Assembly: GCA_002269645.1 (NCBI GenBank)
Contig: NIVC01000578.1
Span: 200,549 to 264,548, forward strand
Origin: Macrostomum lignano
Taxonomy: Eukaryota
Length of the DNA stretch: 64,000 nt
Direction: 5' to 3'
In this document: positions 43,401-56,500 of the stretch, piece after piece
How the letters are laid out: every line of letters begins with the position of its first letter
How positions within the stretch are numbered: the stretch's first letter is position 1
Translations under genes and position numbers: made by a program
Notes under the pieces: model-generated
Database searches by the model: none
Seen by the model: only the letters and a program-made list of their open reading frames with translations
Told to the model about the DNA's origin: nothing

Positions 43401-45570
43401 AGTGACCGAGTTTTGAATTTATAATGCCCATCAAGTATCCGAGTTCGGGACTTATTATGTCCATTAAGTGTCCGAGTTTGGGATTTATTATGCCAATCAA
43501 GTGTCCGAGTTTTGGGTTTATTATGTCCACCGAGTGTCGGAGTTTTGAGATTTCAAATCACCGAGTGCGGCGGCTCACCTTCTCGTGGTCGCTGCAGAGC
43601 CGCTTGCCAGTGCGCGCGAGGCCGGTCTGCACCTCGTCGCAAATGAGCAGCGCCCGGTGGCGGGTGCACAGCTCACGGGCTCCGCGCAGAAAGCCATCCT
43701 TGGGCACCACGACGCCAGCCTCACCCTGGATGGGCTCAACCATGAAGGCCGCCACGTTGGGGTCCTGCAGCGCCTTCTCAAGGGCCTGCGGTGTGGGAAG
43801 AGAATAATGAGATTTTTGCTATGAATTCCCTCACGGCTTTTGACTTGGAATTTTCCTTGACAGCTACAAACTGGGGATTTCCATTGACAGCTATCCCTTC
43901 GAAAAAAATCGAATTGGTGGGATTCACTTTATGACCATCGAATTGGGATTCACCTTGACAGCAATCGATTTGGGATTTTCCTTGACAGCTATTGAATTGG
44001 GATTCCCCCTGACAACTATCAAGTTGGGATTTCCCTTAGCAACTAAAGAATTTGGGATTCTCTTGATAGCTATCGAATTGGGATTCCCCTTGACAGCTAT
44101 CGAGTTGGGATTCCCCTTGACAGCTATCGAATTGGGATTCCCCTTAGCAACTAAAGAATTTGGGATTCCCCTTGACAGCTATCGAATTGGGATTCCTCTT
44201 AAAAACTATCGAATTGGGATTCCTCTTAACAACTATCGAATTGGGATTCCTCTTAACAACTATCGAATTGGGATTCCTCTTAACAACTATCGAATTGGGA
44301 TTCCTCTAAGCAACTAAATAATTTGGGATTCCCATAAAAACTATCGAATTGGGATTCCCCTTGACAACCTTAAATTGGGATTTCCATATATAGTTGTCGA
44401 TTTGAACCCTTCGACACAAATTAAATTGGGAATTCCCTACATAGGTAACGATATGATTTGGGATTTCCATATAATTTCTACTAACCGAAAATCTCCCAGG
44501 GCATTGACTCACTCACCGGCAAATCGTCGTATGGAATGATCTCAAAGCCCGGCATGAAAGGCCCGAAGTTTTTGAAGCTGGAGGGGTCGGTGGAGGCCGA
44601 GATGGCGCCGAGGCTGCGGCCCCAGAAGTTGTCGCTGGCGAAGATCACCTTGGCGCGGTTCTCCGGCACGCCCTTCACCGTGTAGGCCCAGCGGCGGGCG
44701 AATTTCACGGCGCTGTCGCAGGCCTCCACGCCGGTGTTCATCGGCAGCAGCTTGTCGTAGCCGAACAGCTTCGTGACGAATTCCTCGTATTCGCCCAGCA
44801 GCGAGCTGTAGAAGGCCCGGCTGCACAGCGCCAGCACCGAGGCCTGCTCGGTCAGGGCCGCCACGATCTTCGGGTGACAGTGGCCCTGGGGACGGCCGAT
44901 TGGGGGGAGCGGGTTGAGAGACTGCGCAATGTCGGGGGCAGCCAATCTCAAGGTTGGCTGTCTTCAAGGGCTTTAGTTGCGTACTAACCGAAGCCAATTC
45001 TGCTTAACTTTTAACACCGACTTTCTCAAATATGCAGCACCATAATTCCACAATCAGCACTGAGGCAATTCTGCCCACGGAGTCGCACACGCGCTCACAC
45101 AGGGTGCACAGCGGCCCTGAATCCAATCGTCAGGCATGTCGACACTCGTGCCTTGGGGGTTGGCCCTCATGGGTGTGAGTTGCAAGACAATCTCCGGACA
45201 ATTTTTCATGCACAAACCCCAAATTAATGTGACGCTTAGCGGAGTCAAACCCAGGACCTCCAGGTGTGTGCTGGCAGTCTTAATTAACCGCAGCCTCTCT
45301 CACCTGGTTGACAGCGCTGTAGGCGGACAAGAAGTCGAAGTACTGGTTGCCGTCCACATCGTACACAAAGACGCCTTTGCCGCGGCACAGCGCCACAGGC
45401 AGCGGGTGGTAATTGTGCGCCCCGAAGCGGCTCTCCCGGTCGTAGACAGCCTGCGACTTGGCCGTCTGCTTGCGCGGCCCGTCTTTCCAGTCCAGACCGC
45501 CCGAGGCCAGGGACCGCGAGAATCCTTGGCGGGCGAGGCCGAGGCTGCACTTGGATAGGCGGGAGAGCAT
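40454..45570 (-). CDS. OAT: Ornithine aminotransferase, mitochondrial-type (~438 aa), 5 exons
   Basis: Exons 45570-45304, 44885-44517, 43785-43579, 43088-42782 and 40620-40454 total 1317 nt. All introns are GT-AG with consistent phases. Motifs [59 protein letters not shown] (PLP Lys), [16 protein letters not shown]. Confidence 0.96.
40735..42280. repeat. Purine-rich (GAGAGGGGAGACAA/GAT) compound array in OAT intron 4
   Basis: Read directly from the sequence. Confidence 0.95.
42545..42713 (-). mobile_element. tRNA-derived SINE-like element in OAT intron 4
   Basis: Minus strand GGCCGCAGCCCAGTGGTCTGG (A box-like) ... GGCTCGATTCC (B box-like). Its 3' core GAGGGCCAACCCCCAAGGCAC is shared with 45140-45295. 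Confidence 0.6.
43145..43565. repeat. 31-34-bp degenerate minisatellite in OAT intron 3
   Basis: Unit ~GACCACCGAGTGTCCGAGTTTTGGGATTTATAAT. Confidence 0.9.
43830..44470. repeat. 27-bp degenerate minisatellite in OAT intron 2
   Basis: Unit ~CTATCGAATTGGGATTCCCCTTGACAG. Confidence 0.9.
45140..45295 (-). mobile_element. Second, diverged SINE-like copy in OAT intron 1
   Basis: Minus strand B box-like GGGTTTGACTCC, then AATTTGGGG, and the shared 3' core GAGGGCCAACCCCCAAGGCAC. Confidence 0.5.
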
Positions 45571-47723
45571 GGCTGCTATATCGCTGATTGCTGCAATGCA
45601 GTCAATTGAAGATCTGCTTGTAACAGATGGAGAAACTTCGTGTTGACCAACTGGCCATCTGGCACAGTTTAAAAAATTCAAGATCAGGTTTTTGCGTTAA
45701 ATTTGACATCCTGAGTTTGGAGCCCCAATTTCTAAAATAGCACCCTGATATCCAAGCTGGATACCATTAAACTCAAGCTTGAGTTATTTTTGCGATCATT
45801 TTATAATCCTTGGAATTCTTGGGATTCCAAAACTTCCATTAATTGTCAAATTGAAATAATTATTAAACATTGAGTCTGCAGACTTCCGCAACTTTTGTGT
45901 GTCATGGAACTTAGCAATGCAAAGAGCAATGCAATGCAATTAGCAATGCAAATAGTCATACATAATTAGTACTACATGAGCAACACCCAGCTAAGCCAAC
46001 TGAACTGGCGAGGTGAAAAGCCTCTGGCTAAAAGTATGTTGAAAGGCAGAAAGGTACAAAGGCAATGAGGAAAAGAAAAAAGAAGTCAACTGGATTTGTG
46101 GACCAACATAAGTCTAAACCAGAGCCAACAAAGTTACATTCTTCATTAAAACTAACTTGCATAGGAAGTGTAAATTAAGAAGATATTTATATATGGGTAG
46201 GGTAAAGATGTTGGTATTTTTATTGATTTTTTACTAATGCTAGCTGATATCCTAGTTTTCAATTTGGTAACTCAACTTTGGACTTAATAAAAGTCTAAAT
46301 AGCATATTGAGATTCAGATGCTTTAAAAACCCAGTCTCTGGGGCTCAAGTGTCTGTAGCAAAGGGAAGACCAGCTTTGATTAATGCAATCAAACCTTTGG
46401 ACTTAGTAGCTGGCCTAGTTATCAAAATAAAATAAAATTTAAATTTATAGAGTTAGCATGATAATTCCTATAATCTATCTATCCAAACTTCATTTATACA
46501 ATGTCTAGATCTTTATTGTATGGTAAAAATACAGTTTGGCATATATTTATCTCTACTTATAAAAATGAAAATACTATACAGTTGTGTTTTGCTGTTTTTT
46601 ATTCTAGTATATAGTTGATATTGACATGCCTTTAACAAGGGTTAGCTTTCCCCTATTAGGTATAGATAATTTCAATGACAAATGATTTCATTGATATGTT
46701 TTAGAGACAAAGATTTGTTTTGGTATTATTTTTTTAACTTGTTTCTATGTCTATAACAAATGCTTTAACTATAAATAGAAGATTTGATAAATAGTAATTT
46801 TAGTAATAGTATACTTTTTAGTAATATTATAGTTTGTAACTATTTAGTAATATTTGTACCCATTTACTGGAGGGAAAATCCATAAGAAATTATTTCTATA
46901 GGACTATCTAGAATTATATATACAATTCATGTTTTTATTTTATCTATCAAAGTATCAATGAAAATATAAGGACCACTGTTAGTAGAAAGACTCGGCACTC
47001 ACAAACCATTGAAAAAGTTTTGAAGGCTAATTTTCAAATTTGGATATTGTCTCTTCAGATAAAAATATTAAGATGATTTTTAAACCACATTAGTAGCTCA
47101 ATATTTTAAGAAAATTGACTGACATTTCCTTTTAGTAATGCTTGCCACTTCTAATGAAGATTTTGATGCTTAACTTAGATATAGTAGTGATATAGCTAAT
47201 GCTACTAGTATTTTGTATGAGTTTGTATGATTTTTATGTCAAATTAATTGACTTCAATTAACTAATATTTGCAATAAACATACAGTTTTTATTTTGTATA
47301 GATCATTAAAAAGGCTGTGATGTTTTAGCAACATAAACCAATTACCAAATATTTTGATGACTCACGAAAGGTAATGTTTCAGCAAAATATTGTAATATTT
47401 AGGCAAATTTACAAAAGCTAGTTAAACTTAAAGAAATATTAAAGAAATGCATAAAAATATTAACAAATAGGAAAAAAACGACATAAAATAACAAATACAT
47501 AACAAGCTTTTACCTTTAATCAAAAAAATTCTGAAAGTAATAAAGAAGTAAAATTAATAAACCTTTTAAGCCTTAATCATTGGGTTTAGGTCTTGCTTTG
47601 TTCTTTAGGTGGTAGAAATGGTATTGCCATCAGTTTGTGACAGAGCAGGTTAGTCTTGTTGTCATTTTCTATCTCCTTTGCAATTTTTCCCAGGAAATTG
47701 GCCTTCAAAAAAGTATACAATCT

Positions 47724-48832
47724 CAACAACAACAACAACAAAATACGCTGTCATGATGGTAAAAGTCAGCGTCACAGGGCGCGCTTCATGGCTTGGGCGC
47801 GAACAAAGGCCGCGCCACCGGCAGTGTCCGGGGCGCCGGCGTCAGCCAGCAGACAGTCGACATAACGCCGAGTTCGCGCTTGACCTCGCCGGTAGGGTGC
47901 CTGCAGCGTGAGCAGCAGCACCTCCTGCACCGGCTGTGGGCAGTACGACTCGGCGCGGATGAGATGGCCTGCGAGCTGGAGTCGCCGACGGCGCAGTAGA
48001 TCACTTGGACGTGGCAGGCCAGCGCGGCGATAGAGTGCCGCGTTGGTGACTCGCTCGACGCCGATGTTGAAGGCGGCGCGCAGCAGACCAGCGTGCGCCG
48101 CATCGACTTGCTGTTCGAGTGAGTCCGTCAGCGTCCAGGTCTCGGCGTTGTACAGCAGGACGGTCTCGATTACCGCCTGGAACAGCGCCGCCCTCTGGCG
48201 GTCCGGTAGGGCCTCGGACTGCAGGACTGCCCTCACAGAACGAAAGGCAGCCCAGGCAAGCCCGCGGCGGCGTCGCAGGTCCTCGCGAGCGTCTGGAACC
48301 AGACCGCCGAGGTAGACGAACTGCTGACATCGCGGGAGTTCGGTCGCCTGCCCGTCAGCGCCTCGGCAAAATATTGCAGCCTCGATGTCGTCCGGCACGC
48401 AGAGCACAACGGTCTTCTGCGTGTTGACCACCAGGCCGACACTCGCCGCAACGGCAACCAGCCTGTCCAGCTGCCGTTGGGCGCCCTCGACGGTCGAGGA
48501 CAGCAGGGCGAGGTCGTCGGCGTAGCCAAGCACGCTGAGCCGCTTCTCCGGTTGACGTCGACCCACGCGTCGCTGCAGCAGAAAACCGTCGTCGTCGGTA
48601 GGAAGAGCAGTCCGCAGCACCCAGTCAAGCACCAGGACGAACAGAAACGGCGCCAGCGTATCTCCCTGAAGCACTCCGGAGGATGTCTCAAAGGAGTCCG
48701 ATAGGCCGTCCGGTGTTGTCACAGCAGCTGTCGTATCACGGTACATCGCCATGACGGCGGAGATCAGCTGCTCAGGCACGTTGTACGCGCGGAGCACCAT
48801 TGGAAGCACGGCTCTGGGCTGCAAAAGCTTCG
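47724..48832 (-). mobile_element. 5'-truncated RTE-like LINE
   Basis: ORF 48824-47772 with GVLQGDTLAPFLF, YADD and LLYNAETWTL. (GTT)n tail (CAA repeats on the plus strand, 47724-47740). TSD CAATCTCAACAA at 47718-47729 and 48833-48844. Confidence 0.93.
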
Positions 48833-50549
48833 CAATCTCAACAAGGACAACTTATTTTAGCTCTATTGATATTTGTAAATTGGCATAAATTCAGTTATGA
48901 TTTTAACAAAGTAGTCTTAATTGCTACTAGGTAGTATACAATTCTTATTGTTAGTTTAAAAATTAATAAAATATATAGCACTGTCCTTTCAAAATGAAAA
49001 AGCCTTTGAAAATGAATTTGCCAAAACATTTGTTACTAGAAAGAGTCATTAAAACTTCTTCATAAAAACAATTGTAACTCATACTATTAAAACCTGACCT
49101 AGTAAAAACAATCAAAGTATAATCATAATTACAAAGCTATAGACAGTCATAGTCATCGTCATGCATTTATGCATTATACAAATACAAAAGATGTAGCCAT
49201 GCCATAGCTTTTTGGGCTACAATGACAAAAAATAAAATAATAAAATAATATACTAATCAATGCATGCAGATAAAGGGTGAAGTAAGCAGTATAGTACATA
49301 GCATTATATTATATACTCTTATAGTCGATTACGATTAAAATTACAGCTGCCAGCCAGTTGTCTTTAATTGGTGTAGTTGTAGTATAATATATATAAGAAA
49401 CTGTTCCGGACTCTGGTCACGTGTTTTATTACCTACATGCGTCCAAGACACTCCCATGTGTCCTTCACTTATATAAGGCCAAACTTTCAATAGGGGTTAT
49501 CTCGATGTCTTACTCTTATCAAAACCAAAGTACGTACGTAAAGTTATTGGCACTAGCACTGGCACATAATTTTCCACGTATCGTGGAAGAAATATAGAGT
49601 TGAAAAAGTCCCTACCAATTCTAAAAAGTAACAGTTAATTTCAAATTTAATAAATTTTACTTTTAAAAATAAATTGACATACCAAATTTTTATTAAATAA
49701 TGAAAACGTTTTTTATTTTAAGCCGTTAAGCTATACTTTATTTGTTATATTTTCTTATCCTGTTTTTAAACGGGTTCTTAACATTAAAAAGACTGGGAAA
49801 TTTCCATTATCGTGGCTTGTATGTCTTTTTAAACGAAGATAACTGCATTTTTTCGTGAGGAACCTTGGTTTGAAATTATTAATTTATCGTTATGTGCAAT
49901 GACTTTTTGGTTTAGAAAATTTTATAAAACCAAATATTTTTAGTTTATCAGTTTTAGTAAACCGAGTATTTTAGTACATACTATTTATACTAATATACTG
50001 TAATACTAATACATAGCTATGCTATACACTTACTCAGAACTGTCTACTTGGCTCCTATTCAAGAGTTTCGAATTAGAAATGCAGCATTTGACAATTAAGG
50101 TTTTTGATTTTGAAAATACATTTTGTAGCAATACTTCTCATAGCATATTTAAAAACCAAAAGATTAAATTTATTGTGTTGTGCCAGTTTAATTTTACTTT
50201 TATGTTTGATTTTGTACTTTTATTTTTCATTTTTTGCCACAATATTATTATTGTTATAACTGTTTATATGGACTTATAAAAATCATTCTTAGACCTAGAA
50301 CTTTTTAATAGTTTTTTGGGCTCAAAAAGTTTTTGAAATGCAATCATAACAGATTTTTTGTTCAACCAATTAATATTATAAGTATTGGGATAATGCTTGT
50401 ACTGACAATATTTTGCACTATTAAAAGATCTAATCCTTTGATTTAATGTTATGAAACTTTAGTGTCATAAATCAAGTGAAAAGTGACAATTGCTGTTTTG
50501 GCATATTTTAGTAGTGATTTTTAATTCCTTTATGAGGCATAGCCATGAT

Positions 50550-53500
50550 ATGGCAGGGGATGTTAGTCTAGCCCTGGCCCCTAGAATCAGTACTTGGCCT
50601 CAATGGCTGCCACAAGCATTGCTGCTGATGTTGCTGCTGTTGCCATGGCCAGCTTCAACAGTCAGTCCCCAGATCAGTGGCATCCTGGTGGCACCATCAG
50701 CAAATGGTGTTTCACCCAGCGGCTGGAAGAAGACCAACGATGGTGCTTATCAGGAGCTGCCATTCAACAAAGTGTTCACTTTCCACCTGTTTGGTCGCAA
50801 CCTCAGCCAGGTGCTGAAGCTGGGGTTCAGCTACATGCACAGGAATGACAGCGATTGCCAGGACACCAAGCTGTCCCAGGCCTTCGATGTCGAGCTTGTT
50901 GACGACAGTCGAGCCCTTGCGGAGGCGTCAGTGACGCAGACCTCAACCGTAGATGAGGTGGTTTACATCTGCGCCAAGCTGCGCGGCGCTGACGGCGCTC
51001 AGCACCGCTGGATGTTCTTCGGCAGCCATCTGCGGGTGTACATCTCCCGGGAGGTGTTCCCGATGTACGCCACGGTGCTGTTTATCTGCGGCCTGTTCAC
51101 GCTGTCCGGCCTGTTCTCCGGCCTCAACCTCGGCCTCATGGCGCTGGACATCAACGAGCTGCGCATCATCTGCCGGGCGGGCAGCAGCGCGGAGAAGTCC
51201 TACGCCAAGAAGATCATCCCAGTGAGGAAGCGGGGCAACTTCCTGCTGTGCAGCCTGCTGCTGGGCAACGTGCTGGTCAACACCACCCTGTCGCTGCTCA
51301 TGGACTCCATCACTGGCGACGGCATCTACGCTGTGATCTCCGCCACTATTGGCATCGTCATCCTGGGCGAGATCATCCCTCAGGCGCTGTGCTCCCGCCA
51401 CGGCCTGGCCATCGGCGCCTACACCATGCCGATCACCATCTTATTCATGGCGCTCACCTCCCCGATTAGCTTCCCGCTGTCGTTTGTGCTGGACAAGGTG
51501 CTCGGAGAGGACTTCGGCCAGGTGTACGACCGCAACAAGCTGAAGGAGTTCATCGCTGCCCAGGGCCTGGAGAAGACCGAGGCCAACATCATCCTGGGCG
51601 CGCTGTCCCTGCAGAATAAAACCATCTCTGAGGTCATGCGGAACCTCGGCGAGGTGTACATGCTGCCCGCCGAGACCGTTATCGACTCCTTCACCATTGA
51701 CCAGATCCGGGACACCGGCTTCACCAGGATCCCCATCTATGACAAGGAGCGCAGCAACATCATCAACATCCTGAACTTCAAGGACCTGACCATCGTTAAC
51801 AGGGACACCCCCATGCGGGCGGACCTCATCTGCGAGTACTTCAACCGCCAGGTACAGGTGGTGTACGACACGGACACGCTGGACAACGCGCTAAAACTGT
51901 TCCTTAGCAACCGAATCCACCTGGCTATTGTGAAGCATCACGTGGGCGAGGAAGAGGGCAACGATAAGGACCCGTACGAGGTCACGGTGGGCCTGGTGAC
52001 GCTGGAGGACATTCTGGAGGAGATCATCCAGGAGGAGATCGAGGACGAGACCGACATTCCGGGTAATTTCCTAGCTGAGATTTCAGGATAGAATATGAAA
52101 CTTCAGAGACTTCAGGATAGAACTGAGGCTTCAGGATAGAATATGAGACTTCAGGATAGAATCTGAAACTTCAGAGACTTCAGGATAGAATCTGAGACTT
52201 CAGGATAGAACTGAGGCTTCAGGATAGAATCTGAGACTTCAGGATAGAATCTGAGACTTCAGGATAGAATCTGAGACTTCAGGATAGAATCTGAGACTTC
52301 AGGATAGAATCTGAGACTTCAGGATAGAACTGAGGCTTCAGGATAGAATCTGAGACTTCAGGATAGAATCTGAGACTTCAGGATAGAATCTGAGACTTCA
52401 GGATAGAACTGAGGCTTCAGGATAGAACTGAGGCTTCAGGATAGAACTGAGGCTTCAGGATAGAATCTGAAACTCCAGAGACTTCAGGATAGAATCTAAA
52501 CTTCAGGATAGAACCTGAAACTTCAGGATAGAATCTGAGACTTCAGGATAGAATCTGAAACTTCAGGATAGAACCTGAAACTTCAGGATAGAATCTGAGA
52601 CTTCAGGATAGAATCTGAGACTTCAGGATAGAACCTGAGACTTCAGGATAGAATCTGAGACTTCAGGATAGAATCTGAGACTTCAGGATAGAATCTGAAA
52701 CTTCAGGATAGAATCTGAGACTTCAGGATAGAACCTGAGACTTCAGGATAGAATCTGAGACTTCAGGATAGAATCTGAGACTTCAGGATAGAATCTGAGA
52801 CTTCAGGATAGAATCTGAAACTTCAGGATAGAATCTGAGACTTCAGGATAGAATCTGAGACTTCAGGATAGAATCTGAGACTTCAGGATAGAATCTGAAA
52901 CTTCTGGTGGCACAGAAGAAGAGTAACAAAATGAAGACTTGCTGCTTTTGCGCACCCAGTTTCTGGCGGACCTGACCTCTAGTGCGCGATAAGAAGAGGG
53001 TGAAGAGAAAGAGGGCTCGCGCCGCTGCTCATTCACGTCAGGAGCGGGGCTCAGCGATTGGGAGATAAGATTACGCAGCCTTGCCTGTTTCAGTCAGGGG
53101 CTCATGAGCCAGCCATTTGAATTAAATTAAGTCAGTAATCGGAGCATATATTTTGAATGAAGAGCTCTGCATGCGGGTATCAGCTGTGCACTTGATCTGT
53201 CCGTGGAGCCTATGCGGGGCTGTCAAAATCAGGTGACAGTTAGAAGCCCCCTAGCAAAGATAGTCGGGGCAATCTTCACTGTTTCAGTTGGGCCAGCCGC
53301 AAGCAGTGCGTCAGTGCTGTGCGTGGATTCTTAAAAAGACCGCACAACATCAACGGCTTGAGTGGATAGAAAATTTTGTCTCTTAGATACTTTTTGAGGG
53401 CTGGGACGGCTGGCATTACACAAGAAACAATGAACTACTTATATTTTACTGCGGAAGTTAAATTCATAAAAAGTGATGCAAAAAAACTTTTGAAGCAATG

Positions 53501-56500
53501 AACACTCAAGGTAAATTCAAATATGAGCACTTTGAGTTTTTGTTTATTGGAATCTGCTCCGTTCAAACAATGGGTCTATGAGAATTTCCCGCAGGTTGTT
53601 TTCCTGCCGAGGTTTTCCCGCGGGGGTTTTCCAGTCGGAATTGAAATCTAGTCTATTCTATTCTAGTCTAATCTAATCTAATCTAGTCCAATTTAGTTCT
53701 AATCTAGTCTAATCTAATCTAGTCTAGTCTAATCTAATCTAATATAGTCTAGTCTAATCTAATCTAGTCTAGTCTAATCTAATCTAGTCTACTCAAATCT
53801 AATCTAATCTAGTCTAGTCTAATCTAGTCTAGTCTAATCTAATATAATCTAGTCTAGTCTAATCTAATCTAGTATAGTCTAATCTAGTCTAGTCTAGTCT
53901 AGTCTTGGCTAATCTAATCTAATCTAGTAATCTAATCTAGATTATAGTCCAATATAATCTAGTCTAGTCTAATCTAATCTAATCTAGTCTAGTCTAATCT
54001 AATCTAGTCTAGTCTTGTCTAGTTAATCTAGTCTAGTCTAGTCTTGTCTAGTTAATCTAATCTAGTCTAGTCTTGTCTAGTTAATCTAGTCTAGTCTAGT
54101 CTTGTCTAGTTAATCTAGTCTAGTCTAGTCTTGTCTAGTTAATCTAGTCTAGTCTAGTCTTGTCTAGTCTATAGACTGGATTTGACTTGGAATTCCGTCT
54201 CGAAAACCCCTGCGTGAAAAGCTTGCTGCGGGAATTCTCGTGCTCCCGAAACAATGTCGCTGTTGCGGGACCAAAAATTGTAAATAAAAAAAATCTCATG
54301 TGTTTCTTTTTTGCGTAGTCGGCCCTCGAAGATTTCCTAGAAACGAAGGACTTACGTAGTCCCAGAATTACAGCTCTTGTTGCTATTAAAAACAGTCACT
54401 TGTTGACCCTTTTCCGAGGAACGAAACTTTCCCACACTTTAGCTTCAAATGGGATTTTTAACCATTTCAAATGGAAAGTTAATCCGCGTCTGTTGACACT
54501 CCGGCTGAACTCCTCCTCATTGCAGAGGTGCCGCAGGTGAACAAGGCGCTTCAGGGCAGGCGGAAGTTCTGGAAGGACGTCAGCCTGAGCGGCACCTCGG
54601 CTTCACAGATTCCTGGCCAGCTGCGCTTGGCGGCCGCGCAGAATCTGGCAATGCGTAAGGCGTGGCACTGACCCACAATGCCCTGATCCTCAGTTGCTGG
54701 GCCATCGCCCTCCCAGATCCTCAGTTGCTGGGCCATCGCCCTCCCAGATCCTCAGTTGCTGGGCCATCGCCCTCCCAGATCCTCAGTTGCTGGGCCATCG
54801 CCCTCCCAGATCCTCAGTTGCTGGGCCATCGCCCTCCCAGATCCTCAGTTGCTGGGCCATCGCCCTCCCCAGATCCTCAGTTGCTGGGCCATCGACCTCC
54901 CAGATCCTCAGTTGCTGGGCCATCGCCCTCCCAGATCCTCAGTTGCTGGGCCATCGCCCTCCCAGATCCTCAGTTGCTGGGCCATCGCCCTCCCAGATCC
55001 TCAGTTGCTGGGCCATCACCCTCCCAGATCCTCAGTTGCTGGGCCATCGCCCTCCCCAGATCCTCAGTTGCTGGGCCATCGCCCTCCCAGATCCTCAGTT
55101 GCTGGGCCATCAACCTCCCAGATCCTCAGTTGCTGGGCCATCGCCCTCCCCAGATCCTCAGTTGCTGGGCCATCGCCCTCCCAGATCCTCAGTTGCTGGG
55201 CCATCACCCTCCCAGATCCTCAGTTGCTGGGCCGCCGCCTCTTCTCCCAGACCAGTTGTCCCGTTTGCAGGTAAAGTTTGCAATGTAAAAGCACCACCCC
55301 CTCTTATCAAATCGCCATCCCCACTGCAGAGTACAGCGAGCTGTTTGGCCGGAACGCAATTTTGGAGCCCGTCCTGGATCGAATGTTTGAGGAGAAAATC
55401 CTCGTGCGTCACATGTTTGTGTAAGCCGGCCTGCTCTGTTCGAGCTGAATCTGAAATCTGAGCTGGGGGTTGAAAATAATGGGGAACGGAAATATGCGCT
55501 GCTTTTGCTGCCCCCCTCTCCCGTTTAACCCTTCGATCGGCTCTGCTGAGCTCTCTGCTGCATCTTCTTGCAATCGGAGCCTGTATCAGTGAAGCAGGTC
55601 TTCGCTGCCAGCTTTTCCTTGTTAACTTTGTCTTTAATTTAATAAAGCCGAGTTCCAATAAATATTATTTGATGTCCACCGCCACGTTTTTAAGCTAAGC
55701 GGGTCCTTTGATGTCTACCGCCACCTTTTTAAGCTAAGCGATTCCTTTGATGTCCACCGCCACGTTTTTAAGCTAAGCGATTCCTTTGATGTCTACCGCC
55801 ACGTTTTTAAGCTAAGCGATTCCTTTGATGTCTACCGCCACGTTTTTAAGCTAAGCGATTCCTTTGATGTCTACCACCACCTTTTTAAGCTAAGCGATTC
55901 CTTTGATGTCTACCGCCACGTTTTTAAGCTAAGCGATTCCTTTGATGTCTACCGCCACCTTTTTAAGCTAAGCGATTCCTTTGATTTCTACCGCCACCTT
56001 TTTAAGCTAAGCGATTCCTTTGATTTCTACCGCCACTTTTTTAAGCTAAGCGATTCCTTTGATTTCTACCGCCACCTTTTTAAGCTAAGCGATTCCTTTG
56101 ATTTCTACCGCCACCTTTTTAAGCTAAGCGATTCCTTTGATTTCTACCGCCACCTTTTTAAGCTAAGCGATTCCTTTGATTTCTACCGCCACCTTTTTAA
56201 GCTAAGCGATTCCTTTGATTTCTACCGCCACCTTTTTAAGCTAAGCGATTCCTTTGATTTCTACCGCTACGTTTTTAAGCTAAGCGATTCCTTTGATTTC
56301 TACCGCTACGTTTTTAAGCTAAGCGATTCCTTTGATTTCTACCGCCACCTTTTTAAGCTAAGCGATTCCTTTGATTTCTACCGCCACGTATTTGAGTTAA
56401 GCGGGTCCTTTGATGTCCGCCGCCACGTTTTTAAGCTAAGCGGGTCCTTTCGTTTTCGACGATTTTTCGATATTACACAGGTCTTTCGAAGCCCAAAAAT

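Noticed and set aside
45570-50550. Divergent OAT/CNNM arrangement as a shared bidirectional promoter
   Set aside because: The starts are 5 kb apart with an RTE insertion between them, and no specific regulatory motif could be supported.
52983-53070. Possible extra CNNM exon (VRDKKRVKRKRAR)
   Set aside because: It runs into a stop with no good donor, and exon 1 splices in phase directly to 54526 with a plausible CNNM linker.
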